A DNA stretch of 64,000 nucleotides from Eledone cirrhosa (Eukaryota). Made by a program: the position numbers and the translations under genes. Where the stretch lies: positions 188,356,001-188,420,000 of the forward strand of contig OZ024742.1 in NCBI GenBank assembly GCA_964016885.1, in the 5' to 3' direction. Each line of letters starts with the position of its first letter. Within the stretch, counting starts at the first letter, position 1. Below the pieces are notes generated by a model. It did no database searches and had not been told where the DNA came from. It saw only the letters and a list, made by a program, of their open reading frames with translations. Shown piece by piece: positions 12,628-24,678 of the stretch.

Positions 12628-14252
12628 GATCAAATTTAATGCTGTGTAGTATGTATCGTTTTGGTTGCTTTGTTTTGTTTCCGTTTGTTGTGGGTTTGCT
12701 TCTGCTTAGCTTGTTGGTCATTTTTGTGGTGTTGGTGATGGGGATTGTGAGGTTAATGATGGTTATAATGTCGGTGTTTGTGGTGATGCGGCTGGTGATA
12801 CTGGTGTGGGTGGCGACATATATCTCTTAACGTTTTTGTTAGTTTGTTTGTTTCGCCCTGCATTTTGTCTTTGGAGGGCGAAGGAAGAGAAATATTTCTT
12901 TTTTGGTTTCTTTCTTTTTCTTTTTTCCAGTTACAGTCCCCCACTCCTCGTCGTCACAATCTGTCTCCAGTTGTGAGAGGTTGGGGAGGGGAAACTCCTC
13001 CACAGGCGTTGGTTTTGGTTGTGGTGTGCTGGATCGTGGAGGTATTGGTGCTAATTCTGGCGCGGTGGGTGGTGGTGGTATTGGTTTTGCTACTGTTGCT
13101 GCTACAGTTGTTGCTGCCTTTTCTGTTGCTAGTTTTTATGGTTGAGTCATTGGGTGGGTAGGAGAGATGGCATCAACTTTTTAGCCTGAGGGCAGAAAGC
13201 CTTTAGGTGGATGTGGTTTTTTTGATCCCACACATGGTCCCAAAGCTTTTTGTATCTGGGACTCGGATGCCCGTTCCACTCGGCGTATTTTAATATTTAT
13301 CGTCCGCTATGACACGGAGCATAGGCGCCTATGCTCCATGGAATTAGATGGGGGGGGGGGGCTGACCGTGTAACCATGTTTTTTACTATTTGTTTGGCTT
13401 TATTCAATTTCACCTGGCTTACCTCAACCGTTTCATTTTTGTTCGCCACTTTAGCAAACGACACATTTGGTTTTGCGCTGGTGTTGATATTGTTGTTGTT
13501 ATTCTTATTGTTGCTGTTGTTGCTGTTGTTGTTATTGTTATTTTTGTTATTATTATTTTTAGTTTCAGTGTGGTGGTCGTGGTAGTGGTAACTGTGGCGT
13601 TCGGCGTGGAAGAGTCGATTTTCGGAGAATCCATTTCGATATCACGAGAAAATAATTTATTTTTTGTGTCGCTGGTTGCTGTGGTGGTGATGGTGGTGGT
13701 ATCGGTGGTGTTGGTTGTTCTTTTGAACATTGTGGTGGTGGGGAAGGCGGCTTTAACACCTGTAGACATTGGTAATGGCGGGAAATCCATGTCTGTATGT
13801 GACAAATCTAAATAATTGCCATTGCTATTACATATATTTTCAGTGTTGGCATTTTTTCTGTTGTCTGTATTTCGCTGTTATTGTTGTAGTTGGTGTGGTA
13901 ATTTTTTAAAATTAGTGTTCGTAGTGTTGTTGTCTTTGTTGACGTTGTTTGTGGTGGTATTTGTTGTATGAATTCCTGTAACCCTCCTCTCAACGTTTAC
14001 GCTGTTATCACATGACAGCAGACATATTGTTGGGGAACGTGGCTCAGCCATGTCTTTTTTTTTTTAAGTAAAATGTTAAAATATTAATAAAAAATTTGGG
14101 CCAAAAGGCCCAAATATTATACTTTCCTCTTCACAGGGCAAAGCCCAAGGGCTTATATCCCTTACACAACAAGAAAAATTAAACAACAAATAATTATAAC
14201 AGGTAAATAATGCGACTTACTGGGAGCGAGCAAAAAGACGTCCGAACAGACC
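12628..14252 (-). mobile_element. Probable 5'UTR + degraded ORF1 of an L1/Tx1-like element
   Basis: Same strand as and contiguous with the RT fragment; begins right after (TTA)n; Thr-rich low-complexity frames; split zinc-knuckle-like RRLCSV...HLKAFCP near 13185-13330. Confidence 0.5.
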
Positions 14253-14289
<37 letters not shown>

Positions 14290-14291
<2 letters not shown>

Positions 14292-15351
14292 TGTTTCTAC
14301 TTTTGGCAGAAGGCCAGCAATTACCCAATGCATTACTGGTACTTTATTCTATCGACCCCCGGAAGGATGAAAGGCAAAGTTAACTAATAATAATAATAGT
14401 AATAATTGTTTCTACTTTTGGCACAAGGCCAGCAATTAATCCAGTACATTACTGGTACTTTATTTTATCGAACCCGTAAGGCTGAAAAGTAAAGTTAACC
14501 TCGGCAGGATTTGAACTCAGATCGTAAAGGGACGTAACTACGCTGGAAAGTATTCCGACACTCTACCTATACTGCCAATTCATAATAATAAACAAACAAA
14601 TCGACCAAGAAGAGAGAACACACCTACAATTAATTATGTTTTCTAAAATCGACACAAGGCCGGCAGCCTGATGCAGAGAAAGTTGATTATTGCTATGGCA
14701 GTACTTAAATGGTACGTTATTCAATCGACCCTGTAGGGCATGAAAGACAATGTTGACTTCGGTTGAGTGTGACATCAGAACGTTGCAAGCCGTAACAGAA
14801 GTATTTTGTTCGTTGCTCTACTGATTCTGCCAACACACTAATTATGGTATCTGATTTAGGCACAAAGCCAACAATTCATATCGAGTCGAGAAGTTAACGC
14901 TTTTCTTTATTTTGGACCAGATACGGCTACGGATTTGTCCGGCACTATAACAACTCTGTCAATCCACCCCCAAAATAATAAGGCCAGCAATTTCGGGGGT
15001 GGGGTGGAGAGACTATTAAATTGACCCCAGTGTATTACTTGTACTTTATTTTATCGACCCGCCCGTAAGGATGAAAGGCAACGCTAACCTCGGCACGATT
15101 TGAACTCAAAACGTAAAGGGACGTAACTAAAAGTAATACGAGTAATGATAATAATAGCAATAATAATAATAATTGTTTCTACTTTAGGCACAAGGCAAGC
15201 AATTACCCAGTGCATTAATGGTACTTTATTTTATCGACCCCGTATGGATGAAAGGCAAAGTCAACCTCGGAGGGATTTGAACTCAGATCGTAAAGAGACG
15301 TAACTATGCTGGAAAGCATGGCGTCCGACCCTCTACTGATACTGCCAATCC
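14290..15351 (-). mobile_element. Cluster of about 5-6 full or truncated tRNA-derived SINE copies
   Basis: Repeated ttgtttctact..ggcacaaggccagcaatt...tttatcgaccccgtaaggatgaaaggcaaagt; best copies ~14404-14579 and ~15171-15351. Confidence 0.85.
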
Positions 15352-16190
15352 AACAATAATAATAATAATGAGGATGAACAAGAAATGTAAGAAGATAATA
15401 ACTGTCTTGAATAAATGTACATTCATAAACTTTATTGCTCGCCAGGCAGCCCGGGTTAATCGAGTGTTCAGCTACTTGCACGTTGCGTTGGAGCTATCTT
15501 CGCCAGTACGGATGGAGGTCAAATACAGAAGCTAAGATCGGAATATGTTCGGCTTCATTGTCATGGGTATTTCTGTGGATAAACTTTGATTCAGATTCTC
15601 ATAACTTATTAAGCTTAATCATATTAATCCTTCAGCGGACGCAGCTGAGCCGAATGGTTAAAAAAATGGATTCGCATTCTTTAGGACCAGTATTCAACAT
15701 ATGCTGGTTTGAGCCATTCATTGTGAGTGAGCGAATGTTAGTAGACGGAAAATGTCTGACAGCATGACGGATGGATTGTAACTGTAATTGAAAGGGCTGA
15801 CATTGTCATAGACTGGCTCAAGCTTGTCTAACTACAAGCTCAACGGATACAATTGTAGAAGTAGGGGTAATGTGAGGACGAATTCACAACCTGAAATAAT
15901 CCAATTATTACAGTTGCTTCCTGGATAAGGTATGATGATATGGAGATTCTATATTAATGTGGTGGTGGGGATTAGACGAAGATATGTTCGCAAGTAATAT
16001 AGCTTAGACACACTGACACGAATGGATGTTGGGTAATGTAGTACCCTTTGGCACAAGGTTGTGGAGCGTTGGGTTGTTCTCTTCCACTATAGCCCAAGCT
16101 GGATATATACATATCAGAGATTAATAGGCAAACACAGGACCGAAACAAGAAATAGGAGTCGGAATAACTTATATATATATATCTACATAA

Positions 16191-16537
16191 TTATACTTTG
16201 GGCGGGTCATGCTGCCTATAAAATCACACGTACCTGTTCATTTTCACTTCAATCTATTATAAATTAGCGGCTGGTCGGTTCGATAACTGGAAAGGTTGTT
16301 TATATATCGACAAAGGTCTTTCCACACATTCTGTGACATGCTCTGTGACTAGGTTTTTATTTTTTGTCTAACTTTTGTTCTGTCCTACATCAGCTGGAAA
16401 CGTATGATAAATTGAAGTGAAAACCAAAAGGTGTGTGTGTTTTTTTATAGGCAGCATGACCCTCCCAAAGTATAACAATGTCTGTTTCAACACACGTTTT
16501 CAAATAAGAAATCTCGCAAAGTAAATTCAGAAACGAA
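16191..16537. repeat. Fold-back element with one-sided tail next to (TA)n
   Basis: ttatactttgggcgggtcatgctgcctataaaa (16191) vs ttttataggcagcatgaccctcccaaagtataa (to 16475); inner arms ttttcacttcaat/attgaagtgaaaa. Confidence 0.65.
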
Positions 16538-16538
16538 T

Positions 16539-16572
<34 letters not shown>

Positions 16573-16575
16573 TAG

Positions 16576-16692
<117 letters not shown>

Positions 16693-16993
16693 TGTAAAAG
16701 AAAGAGAACCTATGGACGGTGGTGAAGTAAGAGGCCATATTAGGTTTTATAAATTGTTATCATTATGCAAATCTAATACATAGCCAGAAAATGTATCTCA
16801 AATTGGTCACCCCATCCGTTCAAGTTGTCAACCAAATACTAATACATATGCAAATAGACAATAGAAATTGAGACGCATACACGCAAGCATATGATTACAT
16901 AGGAGAACGTACTCATTAACAAACATACTGACACATTTACTAAATCATAGGTTGTCTTTATATGCCTACGCAAACACACGCGCACACACACAA

Positions 16994-17076
<83 letters not shown>

Positions 17077-17218
17077 CGTGTGTCTGCATGTAGATACGTG
17101 TGTGTGTATATTTATATATATATACATATATGTATACCTGTATGTAGATATGTGTGTGTGTATATTTATATATATACATATATGTATACATATATATATA
17201 TATATATATATGTATGTA

Positions 17219-17264
<46 letters not shown>

Positions 17265-17607
17265 GTTCATGAATCTTTTCCTGTTCATATATTCCTGTTG
17301 TTAACTATGGCTTCCTGGTCACCAAAGTGAGTTCCTTCATGTGTATAACGTTCAGAAATAGTTATATTCACCTAATCTAATATATTAAATCCAGTTACTT
17401 ATGGTTACATTCTTTTCTGCCTCCTCTCTTTTCACATTTAGACGTATGTACTTTTTCTTTTTCACAATAATATTATCTGTGACTCTTTTATAATAATATT
17501 ACCCTTTCTCCCCACTGTTCTACTCCTTTCAGTCACTTTACCTCTCTTTATAAACACATCTACACACACACACACACACCCACGCACACACACACACACA
17601 CACACAA

Positions 17608-17742
<135 letters not shown>

Positions 17743-17756
17743 AATATATATATATT

Positions 17757-17823
<67 letters not shown>

Positions 17824-17842
17824 ATTTAAATATATATATATT

Positions 17843-17873
<31 letters not shown>

Positions 17874-17890
17874 ATTTATATATATATATA

Positions 17891-18038
17891 TACGATATTA
17901 AATAAATGGAAACTATATTTATAAAACCATATTTATTTCATTTAATATCGTAAATATACTCCAAATACTTGTTGAGTGCTTTTATATCAGTTATAAATAT
18001 TTACTAGTTGTAACCCAACAATTTAAATATAACTTTCC

Positions 18039-18040
<2 letters not shown>
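17891..18040. mobile_element. Short fold-back + tail PLE-like end, family A
   Basis: Shares arm and tail with 20432-20908 and 43945-44120; between (TA)n tracts. Confidence 0.7.
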
Positions 18041-18069
<29 letters not shown>

Positions 18070-18074
18070 AGTTG

Positions 18075-18183
18075 TAATAAAATGAAAACGAAATTTCATT
18101 TCTCACTCTTAGTACGGCACTTACTTAAATGTAAGTATGTATGTATACGTACATACATATATGTATACAGACGTACAGTAGCA

Positions 18184-18217
<34 letters not shown>

Positions 18218-18268
18218 TGCTACTGTACGTCTGTATACATATATGTATGTACGTATACATACATACTT
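18075..18268. repeat. Palindrome + tail element, family D (also 30210-30545 and, reversed, 61670-61780)
   Basis: Palindrome 18132-18268 centred on (TA)n; shared tail aaatttcatttctcactcttagtacgg. Confidence 0.7.
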
Positions 18269-18285
18269 ATATATATATATATATA

Positions 18286-18443
18286 TAACGAAGGAAATGT
18301 GGTAAGGAACCAGGTGGACCATAACGCACCAAAGTACTCAATACTTGAGGTAGTAGAGTGGGTAATAGGAACCAGTAAGACCCCGACAGCTGAGCTCAAG
18401 CCGTTTCGACGGGTTGAGCTCAGCTGTCGGGGTCTTACTGGTT

Positions 18444-18446
<3 letters not shown>
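18286..18446. mobile_element. Fold-back + tail PLE-like end, family C (3' half of an HHR)
   Basis: Minus arm reads GAAA-cggcttgagctcagctg-TC-ggggtc; homologous to 20181-20387 and 32441-32570. Confidence 0.7.
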
Positions 18447-18486
<40 letters not shown>

Positions 18487-18907
18487 GTGTATACACCTAC
18501 ACGCACACACACATATATAGACATATGTATATACATATATATATATGTGTGTGTGTGTGCGTGTGTGTGTATATGTGTGTTCGTATGTGTGTGTGTATTG
18601 AGAGTGTGTACGCTTGTCTACTTCTTTGTATGACTTCCTTTTGAGCTGTGGCTAGTTGTATATCTATCTATCTATATATCTATCTATCTATCTATCTACC
18701 TGCCTGTCTGATGGTCTATCTACCTGCCTGCTTGCCTGCCTGTCTGCCTTCCTGTCTGTCTATACCGAAATGTCTTAACCACACCAGCGATTAATAGGGT
18801 AACCTCCTTACTTAAGAGCATGTCAGTCCCACAAAATGTTTATACAAAGCTGTTACTACTGAATCTCATGCTCCAGAAATCTCTATCAATTAATGACTAG
18901 GCACACA

Positions 18908-18989
<82 letters not shown>

Positions 18990-18990
<1 letters not shown>

Positions 18991-19311
18991 TTATATAGAG
19001 AAAATAAGAAAGATATACACAAGGAACACTAATGATACTCTGTTACTAAAAATAATAGTTAAATTAGACTTCAAATCAGAGAAAGAATACCTTAAAGCAT
19101 TATTTATATACGATGTCCGAAAAACTATGGCTATTTGCCGTTGCATGTATAGATATGTACATGCGTGTGTGTGTGTATATATATATACACCTGGGTCCTG
19201 TATTGATCCTTTTTTTTTGTTTTCCATGCCCTTGATAAACCCATTCCGGGCGAAACGTACGTAGGCGGACTATTATATAAACATGTTCTAACGGTTTAAA
19301 CGCCTTGTATT

Positions 19312-19320
<9 letters not shown>
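18990..19320 (+). mobile_element. Degraded PLE 3' fragment: possible GIY-YIG C-terminus followed by an HHR
   Basis: LKIIVKLDFKSEKEYLKALFIYDVRKTMA resembles the EALxI..KPxLN end of PLE endonucleases; HHR at 19228; ends at (TA)n. Confidence 0.5.
19228..19266 (+). ncRNA. Minimal type I HHR with U3-A8 variant core
   Basis: gccc-TTGATAA-a-ccc-attcc-ggg-c-GAAA-cgtacg-TA-ggc; palindromic stem III; short imperfect stem I. Confidence 0.6.
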
Positions 19321-19395
<75 letters not shown>

Positions 19396-19415
19396 GTGTG
19401 TGTGTGTGTATATAC

Positions 19416-19504
<89 letters not shown>

Positions 19505-19770
19505 GGGGGAAAAATGAAATGTGTGCGTATGTCTGTCTGTGTGTGTTAAAGTGGTATTGAAATTGAAAGCCAGCCGGAGACATGTTATTACGCATCTCCT
19601 ACAAATGTAATGTATACTCTACACGTGTAATCTATCCGTATCCGATTAAATCGGAGAACTTTCAATCATATCGTAGTTACCTCCCTTGTAATTCGAGCCA
19701 AAGTTCCGTTGAACTTTACATAGCATTCGATTATTAGTGGAATAACTTAAGGACAATTGTTATATATATA

Positions 19771-20054
19771 CTCTCAGGCCACGCTAATTAATTTTTCACA
19801 TTTTTTCCAACCAAACCCCCGCCTGCACTTTTACCCCACCCCTGCGTATTAAATGCTGCTAATCTCTCGCCAAATGTTATTAAAAGTGGTAGTATTCCTG
19901 CTACATTACTAGACATCCCATACGTTATAAAATAAATAGGATGAGTTGGAGTTTCAATATGTAAACTAAACGCCTAAATCTGTTTAAAAAAAGAAATCAA
20001 CGATGACACCTAGTCAAATTATTCCACACACCACCTATTATTTGGGCCCGAGAG
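19771..20054. mobile_element. MITE-like element with CTCTC(A/G)GG TIRs and TA flanks (relatives 47677-48021, 53678-53816)
   Basis: ta|ctctcaggcc ... ggcccgagag|ta. Confidence 0.55.
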
Positions 20055-20140
20055 TATATATATATATATATATGTTGATTATTTTCCTATTACCCACTCT
20101 AGTACCCTAAGTATTGAGAACTTGTGTATATATACAAGTG

Positions 20141-20180
<40 letters not shown>

Positions 20181-20183
<3 letters not shown>

Positions 20184-20384
20184 CGAAGAAAAGTGGGAAG
20201 GAACCAGGTGGACCATAACGTAGCAAAGTACTCAATACTTAGGGTAGTAGAGTGGGTAATAGGAACGAGTAGGACCCCGACGGCTGAGCTCAGGTCGTTT
20301 CGACGGCTAATTCTGGACGCAGAATTAGCGTCCAGAATTTGCCGTCGAAACGGCTTGAGCTCAGCCGTCGGGGTCCTACTCGTT

Positions 20385-20387
<3 letters not shown>
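20181..20387. mobile_element. Fold-back + tail PLE-like end, family C
   Basis: Inverted arms meet near 20310-20320; GAAA(20347)-cggct-tgagctc-agccg-TC gives HHR stem III and a GUC site. Confidence 0.75.
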
Positions 20388-20434
<47 letters not shown>

Positions 20435-20474
20435 CGATATTAACAAATGGAAACTATATTTATAAAACCATATT

Positions 20475-20539
20475 TATTTCATTATACATATTTCAAGGAC
20501 ACCAAGTTAAGTTATGGTGTGCTTTCATCAGATAAAATA
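20475..20539 (-). ncRNA. Minimal type I HHR, intact core
   Basis: tattttat-CTGATGA-aagcacacca-taacttaact-tggtgtcctt-GAAA-tatgta-TA-atgaaata. Confidence 0.8.
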
Positions 20540-20711
20540 TAATATAGAACAGTTTTATAAATAAATATTGACATACCTTTAAAGAATGCAACCATTACTG
20601 TTGGAAGCTCCCGGATAGTCTATCTATAGACACTATCCGGGAGCTTCCAACAGTAATGGTTGCATTATTTAAGGGTATGTCAATATTTATTTATAAAACT
20701 GCTCTACATTA

Positions 20712-20776
20712 TATTTTATCAGATGAAAGCACACCACAATTTAACTTGTTGTCCTTGAAATATGTATAATGAAATA
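20712..20776 (+). ncRNA. HHR copy in the opposite arm, core mutated (CAGATGA)
   Basis: Same fold as 20475-20539 with U4->A. Confidence 0.6.
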
Positions 20777-20929
20777 AATATGGTTTAAAAAATATAGTTT
20801 CCATTTGTTAATATCGTATTTTTACTCCAATTATTTGTTGAGTGCTTTATATAAGTTATAAAAATATTTGCTTCCCGTATCCCAACAATTTAAATAGAAC
20901 TTTTACATATATATATATATGTATATATA

Positions 20930-20987
<58 letters not shown>

Positions 20988-21289
20988 TGTATATACATGT
21001 ATATATATGTATATATGTATATGTATATATATATATGTATATATGAATGTGTATATATATATATGCATATATATATAATGTTGATAATGTGTCCCACTAC
21101 CAGCAGCTGGCATTTAAACCTACGATGGACTGTATAAATAGAATTCAACGACGAATTATCCTATAAACACGATCATGTAACCACTCGTTTATTGTTCAGT
21201 AGGCTATATTAATGTCTTCATTAAACTCGTGCTTTATTTATACATCTGCTAAGGGTGATAGGCGGTGACGACTTTGGTAGATGTTGTAT

Positions 21290-21668
21290 GAAAGTATAAG
21301 GGTAATGGGTAATGATGGAAAGAATGCGATCGTCAATACAAGCGCCCGAAATGTGGTTCATCGGAAGAATCTTTGGAGTAACGTTACTCGATAGAGCGCG
21401 TATCTCGGAGATCACAGCTTCGAATTGAGAGAGGCGAGCTCCGATACTGTGGTTAGAATGTCTCAGGAAAGAATCGTTGCACAGATTTTACGGACAATTC
21501 CAACTGGTTGGAGATCCAGGGACAGACCCCGAGCAACATGGTTTGATAACATCCATGAGCTTCGCTAGACTCGCTTAGGGATCCAGTCGGATCAGTTGGA
21601 CACGGTTGCTTCTGACAGGACCCACTGCAAGGGGTGGTTGATGACTCTGCCCCCACGACCCTCTCAAG

Positions 21669-21698
<30 letters not shown>
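21290..21698 (+). mobile_element. RTE-clade LINE 3' fragment with (AAG)n tail
   Basis: ERMRSSIQAPEMWFIGRIFGVTLLDRARISEI ... RDRPRATWFDNI...RLGI..QLDTVASDR. Confidence 0.75.
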
Positions 21699-21699
<1 letters not shown>

Positions 21700-22135
21700 G
21701 GTGAGGGGGTGGGGTGGGGGTGGGGGGGGGGGGGTTCAAATACCGCAATATTTCGTACATGACTTTGTCGTGTAGAATTCTTTCAGAATTTGTTGATGTT
21801 CTTCTTCAGTTCTGAGTTCAGGTGTCGAGTTTTATCGATTTAACCTTGGCAACAAAATTCCCAACCTTGTGCCTAAATTAGAAACAATTATTATATCAGT
21901 AATTCCAATTATTTTGAATATATCCCTCCAATTATTTTATAAAATATACTGTTAATTTGTGAAACAGAAATATATACCCGCCAAGAACATATTTTATTGT
22001 TTGTCTTTAGATAATTAGTAATAGACGGAAATATATTGTTGTGGGACTATAGTGAAAGATCTTCTGCGACCTTAGGCAGTTGACCATATAATTGGCATAT
22101 CAGTGAGGAAAGAGATAAAAGGACATAGATCTCTC

Positions 22136-22194
<59 letters not shown>

Positions 22195-22220
22195 ATCTCT
22201 CTCTCTCTCTCTCTCTTTCT

Positions 22221-22302
<82 letters not shown>

Positions 22303-22357
22303 ATGTGTGTGTGCATGTTGTGTGCGTATGTGTGGGTTTGTGTGTGTATAGAGTGCA

Positions 22358-23711
22358 TCTATATATAAAAAGTTGTAGTTCCTGTCTGTTTGTTTGTTCA
22401 CGAAATCCTCCTATGGTTTTGGAGATAGACCCCCATAACCATATATATTCTGAAACTACATTGCCCGGGGTACTATATTTCATTTTAATCAAAGGGTTCC
22501 TCGGGGGCACAAACTCAAAATGAAAATGTTTCCCTTCGATTTATATGAAATTTAAACCATAGATAAATGACAAGATATGATGCCTATCCCAAAGGTTTCA
22601 ACAAATTTCAATAATATTAAAACACCCTAATGGGAGTTAAACTCCCTATAGTTAAAATTTTGGAAGACCAAATAAAATAATGCTTTATACAAAAATGAAA
22701 TGATAAAGTTTTGAATTGATATTTTGAAATAAACTATTTACAAGAGACAAAATAAGAATAAGATTTAGTAATGTTGCGAATCGGCGTTTCCAGGTGGCTC
22801 GCTCTCCGGATCTGCCAGCCAGACCAATGTCGCTGCGGTGCCACCGTGGACTCTTTCGGCATCCACCCACTTTCCTGTCTCCACAGTGCCGGCCGCATTT
22901 CACGCCATGCTGCCCTCAACGAGGTCATTAAGCATGGCTTGGACGCTGCAGGCTTCCCTTCCCAGCTCCAGCCGGTGGGGCTGGATAGAGGGGACGGCAA
23001 AAGGCCGGATGGCATGACCATCTTCCCGTTCCGTGGTGGCAAACCCCTCGTCTGGGATGCCAATTGCACCGACACTTTCTGCAGCCGCAACCTGGTGCAG
23101 TCTGCGACTGACCCAGGTTCTGCTGCACGTCAGGATGAGGGAGTCAAACTCCTCAAATACCGGTCGCTCTCCGACAGGTTTGCGGTCGTACCCCTGGTAG
23201 TGGAGACTTCTGGTGTCCTCGGACCCAGGGCTACCTCCTTACTCACCACCATAGGCGCTGAGCTGGCCAGCCGCAGGTGTGAGCCACGAAAGTTGGTGTG
23301 GCTTTTCCAACGCGTCTCCCTTGCCGTCATCCGGGGAAACGCCTTCTCCATTCTGTCCGCCGGGGCTGTGGGTGGGCCTCATCGCGTACCGTTGTAGTTG
23401 TAGAATAAACAAGAAGACAACAACTGGAAATGTTGATTGTAAAATGATGATAACAATGACCATAATGATAATGGTGATGATGATAAATACACTATTGACA
23501 GCATGATTAAAAACCTGCACATTTCACCCATTTTAATTTGATATATTACAAAAAATAATGTTTTCCAATTTTTCATGCATTACATTTTACATTGAGAAAT
23601 ATTGAAATGCAGAGTTTTTCTCCATAAATGATATCATTGATTTGAAATCAATCATCATTTTCTTACAACAAAAAATGTGTGAAACGCAGCAAGGCGCGGG
23701 TAATTCGGCTA

Positions 23712-23712
<1 letters not shown>
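22358..23712 (+). mobile_element. Non-autonomous Helitron
   Basis: a|TCtatatataaaa start; GC-rich subterminal gcagcaaggcgcgggt; CTAG|t end; A/T insertion with no TSD. Confidence 0.7.
22771..23397 (+). mobile_element. CRE-like non-LTR retrotransposon 3' fragment (CCHC + RLE) nested in the Helitron
   Basis: CRCGATVDSFGIHPLSC, RH, GKRPDG, LVWD, PLVVETSG, QRVSLAVIRGNA; GC-rich island in AT-rich flanks. Confidence 0.8.
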
Positions 23713-23748
<36 letters not shown>

Positions 23749-23845
23749 GGAGGTGAGTTTTATTGTAGTACAATAAAGCAATGCAGATATCGGATGAGAA
23801 CTGCGCTATCCACACGTGTTTTTTAACCTTCATATCATGTCTTCC

Positions 23846-23916
23846 TATTTTATCTGATGAAAACACAAATGTTATTGCGTGATGATATTTGTTTTTGAAA
23901 TGCGCATAATAAAATA
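23846..23916 (+). ncRNA. Minimal type I HHR, intact
   Basis: tattttat-CTGATGA-aaacacaaatgttat-tgcgtg-atgatatttgttttt-GAAA-tgcgca-TA-ataaaata; perfect 8-bp stem I, palindromic stem III. Confidence 0.88.
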
Positions 23917-23944
23917 CATGGAACACTTTTAACCATCTTTTGAT

Positions 23945-24017
<73 letters not shown>

Positions 24018-24563
24018 ACATATTGATTGATTGATTGAGTTTAGGAGGCCGTGCAATGCAGATGTGTTTATATATATTCGGGCTAAGAAACTCAGGTGAA
24101 GACACGGAGAAATGAAGTCGAGTAGAGAAGAGAAAAAGAAAAGGAAAATGAAAGAAACAGTGATAATGTTACCTTGGAAATATGTTTTGGTACCTATATT
24201 TTGGATTTACACTCCGCTGTTCGAAAATATATATCTACGCAATGACATCATTATGTTTACGGGTGGTTTTCTGCTAGCATGTGTAGTGTGTATATTGATA
24301 TTATACGCAAGTATATATATACATGTAGATATGATATATCAAATAAAATCGTAATTGACAATATACACAGAAATTGAACGAAGACTGTGTTACACTGTCT
24401 TATGTAATCAGTAACGTAATCCATGATACATTAAAAAAAAGACGATATTATATATAAACTGCATTATGAGAAAATTAGTGACAGAAAATGCATATGTTTT
24501 TTTAAGCGAACGCCACCGGAAGTGTTGACATTTGAAAATAATAAAATATATTTAACGAAAATA

Positions 24564-24678
24564 ATTGTTTCTACTTTAGGCACAAGGCCAACCAGTGCAT
24601 TACTGGTACTTTATTTTATCGACCCCGTAAGGATGAAAGGCAAAGTTAACCTCGGCGGGATTTGAACTCAGATCGTAA
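24564..24678 (-). mobile_element. 5'-truncated SINE with TSD
   Basis: SINE body flanked by direct repeat atatttaacgaaaataat. Confidence 0.8.

Larger units (their letters stand above)
20432..20908. mobile_element. Fold-back (~190-bp arms) + tail PLE-like end, family A
   Basis: Arms ~20433-20620 and ~20630-20818, centre ccggatagtc..cactatccgg; tail shared with 17950-18040 and 44055-44120. Confidence 0.8.

Noticed and set aside
3180-15370. CRISPR-like or operon-like reading of the repeat-separated cassettes
   Set aside because: Separators are variable-length AAT tracts and the cassettes are retroelement 3' ends in eukaryotic DNA
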